Shown here piece after piece: positions 60,062 to 64,000 of a DNA stretch of 64,000 nt. The translations under genes and the position numbers were made by a program. The notes beneath the pieces are model-generated. The model ran no database searches. It was not told where the DNA came from and saw only the letters and a program-made list of their open reading frames with translations. The DNA is from Verrucomicrobiota bacterium (GTDB lineage: Bacteria; Verrucomicrobiota; Verrucomicrobiia; Limisphaerales; Palsa-1400), in contig JBEKYR010000001.1 of assembly GCA_049510745.1 (NCBI GenBank), positions 1 to 64,000 of the forward strand, in the 5' to 3' direction. The first letter of the stretch is position 1. Each line of letters opens with the position of its first letter.

Positions 60062-61540
60062 ATGCGAACCAACAGCATTGTTTATTTGGTCTATGCCGCG
60101 ATTTTAATCGGTTGCGGGTTTGGAATCTATTTGACACTCCAGGCGGGCGGACGCCTGGAGCCGCGGCCAGCCGTCGCGGGAACGGCCGCGGCGCCGCCGT
60201 CTCCGCCGGCAGCGGGCGTTGCGAGCGGCGCCGGGCGGGAGGCCGGGATCGGGCGTTTGTCGCAGGGGATGCGTGAGAATCTGCGCGAGCCGTTGAGCCT
60301 GCTGCTGATCCAGTTGATCCTGATCGTGGTGCTGGCGCGGTTGTTTGGGGCGTTTTTTGTTCGCCTGGGCCAGCCGGCCGTAATCGGGGAGATGATTGCG
60401 GGGATGGTTTTGGGACCTTCCGTGGCGGGGGCGCTGTTTCCCGGACCGTTTCATTTCGTTTTTGCGTCCGATTCGCTGGCGGCGCTGCGCATGCTCAGCC
60501 AAGTGGGGGTGATCCTGTTCATGTTTATGGTGGGGATGGAGCTGGAGTTGAAACAAATTCGCAGCCAGGCCCGGACGGCGGTCATGGTAAGCCACGTCGG
60601 CATCGTCTTTCCCTATTTTCTCGGCGTGCTCTTTTCCTTCTTCATTTATCCCTCGTATGCCGCGGGGCGGACGACCTTTCCTGCGTTCGCGTTGTTCATG
60701 GGCATCGCCATGAGCATCACCGCCTTCCCGGTGTTGGCGCGCATTATTGACGAGCGGGGGTTGACCAAGTCGCCGTTGGGGACGATGGCGCTGACGTGCG
60801 CGGCCGTCAATGACGTGACGGCGTGGGCCATCCTGGCGTTCGTGGTGGCCTCGGTGAAATCCGAGAGCGCCGGCAGTTGTTGGCTGACCCTCGCGCTGCT
60901 GCTCGTGTTTGTGGGCGCCATGCTGTTCCTGATCAAGCCGCTGCTGCGGCGTCTCCTCTTGGCCGGGGCGCGCGGGGTTGACGGCCCCACGCGCAACACG
61001 GTGGTCGTGAGCCTGGTGGTGGTGTTTGCCGCCGGGCTGTTCACGGAGGTGATTGGGATTCATCCGTTGTTCGGAGCCTTCATGGCGGGCGCGTGCATGC
61101 CCCAAGCGTCGCAGTTTCGGCTGCGCCTGCGGGAACGCCTGGAGAGTTTCAGCTCCGCTTTTCTGCTGCCCCTGTTTTTCGCCTTCACCGGACTGCGCAC
61201 CGAGGTGGGCCTGTTGAACGACTGGGAAAGCGTGGGCCTTTGCCTGGGGCTTGTCCTGGTGGCCACGCTGGGGAAGTTGGGCGGCAGCCTGCTGGCGGCG
61301 CGCTGGACGGGCATGGGCTGGCACGACTCGTTCGCTTTGGGAGCGTTGATGAACACGCGCGGCCTGGTGGAATTGATCGTGCTGAACATCGGATTCGACC
61401 TGGGCATCCTTTCCCCCCGGGTCTTCACCATGATGGTCATCATGGCCCTGGTCACCACCTGCATGACCGGGCCGTTGCTTTCCCTGGGAAGCCTGCGGCG
61501 GCGCAACGGCCCCGCGCCGGTCTCCGTGCCGCCGGCTTAA
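60062..61540 (+). CDS. Cation:proton antiporter (CPA2 / Na+/H+ exchanger family)
   Basis: GQPAVIGEMIAG..LGPS, SITAFPVLARI, AAVND, GALMNTRGL. Confidence 0.92.
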   Translation: MRTNSIVYLVYAAILIGCGFGIYLTLQAGGRLEPRPAVAGTAAAPPSPPAAGVASGAGREAGIGRLSQGMRENLREPLSLLLIQLILIVVLARLFGAFFVRLGQPAVIGEMIAGMVLGPSVAGALFPGPFHFVFASDSLAALRMLSQVGVILFMFMVGMELELKQIRSQARTAVMVSHVGIVFPYFLGVLFSFFIYPSYAAGRTTFPAFALFMGIAMSITAFPVLARIIDERGLTKSPLGTMALTCAAVNDVTAWAILAFVVASVKSESAGSCWLTLALLLVFVGAMLFLIKPLLRRLLLAGARGVDGPTRNTVVVSLVVVFAAGLFTEVIGIHPLFGAFMAGACMPQASQFRLRLRERLESFSSAFLLPLFFAFTGLRTEVGLLNDWESVGLCLGLVLVATLGKLGGSLLAARWTGMGWHDSFALGALMNTRGLVELIVLNIGFDLGILSPRVFTMMVIMALVTTCMTGPLLSLGSLRRRNGPAPVSVPPA

Positions 61541-61566
61541 GGGTTGTCCATGATCTCTTGTTCCCG

Positions 61567-61612
61567 TTGACGAGCGCGGAGCAAAGCGTTAGTGTAAGTA
61601 CATTGTGAGTAC
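61567..61612 (+). promoter_or_regulatory. Putative promoter and operator of the toxin-antitoxin operon
   Basis: TTGACG (61567-61572), 17 bp spacer, TAGTGT; direct repeats TGTAAGTAC (61593-61601) and TGTGAGTAC (61604-61612) overlap the -10 and the start codon. Confidence 0.45.
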
Positions 61613-61916
61613 GAGAACCGTTAACCGGCGTCCTGTGCGGCGCAACCGTGTCACCTCCGCGCGGGTCAATCTGCGGATAGATCCCAAAGTAAAGGCTTTG
61701 CTGATGAAGGCGGCCGGCCTGCAGCGGGTCAAGCTTACGGAATTCATGCTCGGCGCCTCGCGCTCCGCCGCGGAAGCCACGCTGGCGGAACGCAGCCGGT
61801 TTGTGCTGTCCCCCCGCCGGTGGCGGGAGTTTAACGCGGCATTGGATGCGGCGCCCCGTGAGATCACGGCCTTGCGCAAGCTTTTCAGCGAGTCTTCAGT
61901 GTTGGAACCCGCATGA
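61605..61916 (+). CDS. DUF1778-family RHH antitoxin (TacA/AtaR-like)
   Basis: RVNLRI...KAA.L....LTEFML..S..AAE..L...F.LS...W..F..ALD. Confidence 0.9.
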   Translation: MSTRTVNRRPVRRNRVTSARVNLRIDPKVKALLMKAAGLQRVKLTEFMLGASRSAAEATLAERSRFVLSPRRWREFNAALDAAPREITALRKLFSESSVLEPA

Positions 61917-62422
61917 GTTTTTCGCCGCCTGCGCTCATCACTGCGGGAGACAAGGTCGAGGCTTTCGACTGCGGCGAGGAGTCCCTAAACCATTACCTGA
62001 AGCGGTTTGCGTTGACAAATACGGCAGCCGGCATCGCGCGAACGTATGTAACGATAGTCAGCGGCGAGGCATCGGTGATCGGCTATTACTCGCTGACGGC
62101 CGGTTCAGTCGTGAAGGCCAGCGTTCCCGCGCGTATTGCCAAAGGCATTCCAAGTCACCCCGTCCCGGTGGTCTTGCTGGCGCGGTTGGCGGTAGATCGG
62201 CGGTTTCAGAGGCAGGGAATTGGCAAGGGCCTGTTGAAAGATGCGTTGCGACGGTCTCTTTCAGCCGCGGAGGTCATTGGAATTCGCGCGATTCTGGTTC
62301 ACGCGAAAGACCCGCAGGCGGCCGCTTTCTACGGAAGATTTGGATTTGTGCCGTCGCCGACCGATGCACTTCACTTGATGCTCTTGATGAAAGACCTTCG
62401 GCAGACGTTTGGAGCGGCGTAG
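61913..62422 (+). CDS. GNAT acetyltransferase toxin (TacT/AtaT-like)
   Basis: FDCGEESLN.YL, VIGYYSL, PVVLLARLAVD, QRQGIG, AFYGRFGF; ATGA overlap with DUF1778. Confidence 0.92.
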   Translation: MSFSPPALITAGDKVEAFDCGEESLNHYLKRFALTNTAAGIARTYVTIVSGEASVIGYYSLTAGSVVKASVPARIAKGIPSHPVPVVLLARLAVDRRFQRQGIGKGLLKDALRRSLSAAEVIGIRAILVHAKDPQAAAFYGRFGFVPSPTDALHLMLLMKDLRQTFGAA

Positions 62423-62519
62423 TCGCGCTTCCTGGAAGGAGAGGGGGACAGAGCACGAGGCCAAGCAGCGTCCCGTCATCTCAGGGCCGACTGCAAGGTC
62501 GTGCAAAAACGCCTTGCGC

Positions 62520-63998
62520 TCAGGGTTGGTTTCCGAAAGCCTTTTGAAACTCCGGCGTCTGCCGCAAGGCGTTAAAGGTCGGGTCCTCGGCCAGATGCTT
62601 CCGCAGGTTGATCATCTTGGGTTCCTTGGCGATTTCCGCCGCGTTGAGGGCCAAACACTTTTGCAGCGAGGCGACCGCCTGGGCGGTTTCGCCGCGGGCG
62701 GCTTGAATGACGGCCAGGTTGTAGAGCGGCTCGGAACTGGCAGGCATGGCCAGGGCCAGCTTTTGGACGGCCTGTTCGCTTTTGGCCAGATCGCCCATCT
62801 GCAAATACGCGCTGGCCGCGCTCATCAGCACGTTGGGGTCGGAGCCGGCGAAGGTGAGCACTTGCTCGAGCATCTGTTCGGCGGCGTTGGTTTGATGATC
62901 GGCGATGGCGCGCTGAATCTGGGTGAAGGCCTGCTTGATCTGATCGGCGCCCGCGCCCGACTTGCTGCGGGTTAACTGGTCGATCCAATCGCTGATCTGG
63001 CCGTTGTAGGGGTCCAGTTTGTGGCAGGTTTGCAGGATGCCAAGGGCGTCGTCAATGCGGTTTTGGTTGAGCAGCAGGTCCATGAAATGGAAGACCGCTT
63101 CGGGGCTGTAGGGGCAATAGGCAAAGGCCTGCTTGAAGGCGAACTCCGCTTCCTTGGTCACGCGCGCCCGCTCGGCGGGGATTCTGGAATTCTGCGCCCG
63201 CGAGCGCCATTGATAGATGCTGCTGCCAATCGAGCTGCGCAGCTTGGAGAAGGCCTTCTGCGCGTCGTCGTCGCGCAGAAAGGCGCGGTCGCCCTTGAAA
63301 TGGCTGAAATTGTGGCGCAGATAGACCTCCTCCGCCCAATCGCAGACCTCCTTGACGCTGGTGTCGTAGGTGATCCAGTTGCCGATGGTGCGCCGGGAGA
63401 ACTGGCTCCAGAAGGCGTGGTCTTTGTCAATAATATCCTGTGTCAGCTCGGGCACCGGATGCCGGTTGATCTTCATGATGATCCCGAAGGGGGTCAGGTA
63501 CGGGTACATCCAATCCAGCGGGAAGCTCTCCTCGACGTAGAATTCGTGGTTGGGGTTCTTGTCGAAGATCACCTTGGTCAGCAAGCCGTTGATGCTCATG
63601 ACGGCGATCTGCCCCGAAACCTGCACCCGCCCGTTGTCGATATGCACGTCCTCGCCCGGCTTGATCTGGCGCGGTTCGTTGGGGAACTCCGTGTCGTGCT
63701 GCAAGCGCCGTTGGGCTTCGTAAAGGTATTCGTTGAAACACTGCGCGGAATCGTCGGGCGTGGCCGTCTGGATTTCGGTGTCGGGATAGACGCCGCCGAG
63801 GCTTTTGACGATTTCGTCCGGGAAAGCCTCCTCCAACATGCGGCGATTGAGGCGGATGACGTTGTTGGACAGGAGATTTTCGCCCGCCGCGGCCTCCCGG
63901 ATCAAGACGGGCAATCTGACGTTTTTGAACGTCTCGGCGTTGTAGATATTGGTCCCGGCGACGACGGCGTTGAAATCCTGGGACAAGGCCTGGCGCAA
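62520..63998 (-). CDS. C-terminal part of a DUF2723 / TMEM260-like membrane glycosyltransferase with TPRs (5' end outside window)
   Basis: VSGQIAVMSING, KNP..EFYVEESFPLDWMYPYL.PFG.IMKI, AFSKLRSSI, YCPYSPEA, TPR tail; family call from recalled motifs, TM part not visible. Confidence 0.7.
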   Translation of the reverse strand: MRQALSQDFNAVVAGTNIYNAETFKNVRLPVLIREAAAGENLLSNNVIRLNRRMLEEAFPDEIVKSLGGVYPDTEIQTATPDDSAQCFNEYLYEAQRRLQHDTEFPNEPRQIKPGEDVHIDNGRVQVSGQIAVMSINGLLTKVIFDKNPNHEFYVEESFPLDWMYPYLTPFGIIMKINRHPVPELTQDIIDKDHAFWSQFSRRTIGNWITYDTSVKEVCDWAEEVYLRHNFSHFKGDRAFLRDDDAQKAFSKLRSSIGSSIYQWRSRAQNSRIPAERARVTKEAEFAFKQAFAYCPYSPEAVFHFMDLLLNQNRIDDALGILQTCHKLDPYNGQISDWIDQLTRSKSGAGADQIKQAFTQIQRAIADHQTNAAEQMLEQVLTFAGSDPNVLMSAASAYLQMGDLAKSEQAVQKLALAMPASSEPLYNLAVIQAARGETAQAVASLQKCLALNAAEIAKEPKMINLRKHLAEDPTFNALRQTPEFQKAFGNQP

Positions 63999-64000
63999 GG

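Noticed and set aside
61605..62422. DUF1778-GNAT pair as a novel system
   Set aside because: Matches the well-described TacAT/AtaRT type II toxin-antitoxin class

Overview
GC-rich bacterial chromosome segment. Gene content and repeat style suggest Verrucomicrobiota subdivision 3 (Pedosphaera/Limisphaera-like); this is an inference. About 50 genes. Main blocks: an Ig-domain secreted protein; a surface-glycosylation locus (FkbM methyltransferase, Wzx-like flippase, GT2, GT10, YfhO-type GT-C); a partial ebo-like cluster (TatD/EboB, UbiA/EboC) interrupted by a DUF2283/ORF6N insert; CAZymes (GH29, modular GH51, GH78); housekeeping genes (rho, trxA, ade, guanine deaminase, dgt, ispH, miaB, tig, glcF); signalling genes; a decayed defence/IS patch at 52.7-55.6 kb; a DUF1778-GNAT toxin-antitoxin pair; and the 3' part of a DUF2723/TMEM260-like gene. 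Most notable: (1) an Rrf2-controlled IscS homologue whose PLP Schiff-base Lys is replaced by Arg while the loop Cys is kept; (2) a single-ORF LMW-phosphatase + RpiB + GlyA fusion; (3) two cases of an extracytoplasmic domain re-used as a stand-alone paralogue (the DUF2723 soluble domain and the C-terminal domain of a membrane-anchored ECF sigma factor); (4) a 108-bp MITE and two copies of a ~200-bp heptamer-repeat palindromic element; (5) many promoters that imply leaderless mRNAs. No rRNA, tRNA or CRISPR array was recognised. All family assignments come from motif recognition by eye; no database searches were run. Several start codons were moved downstream of the ORF-track start.
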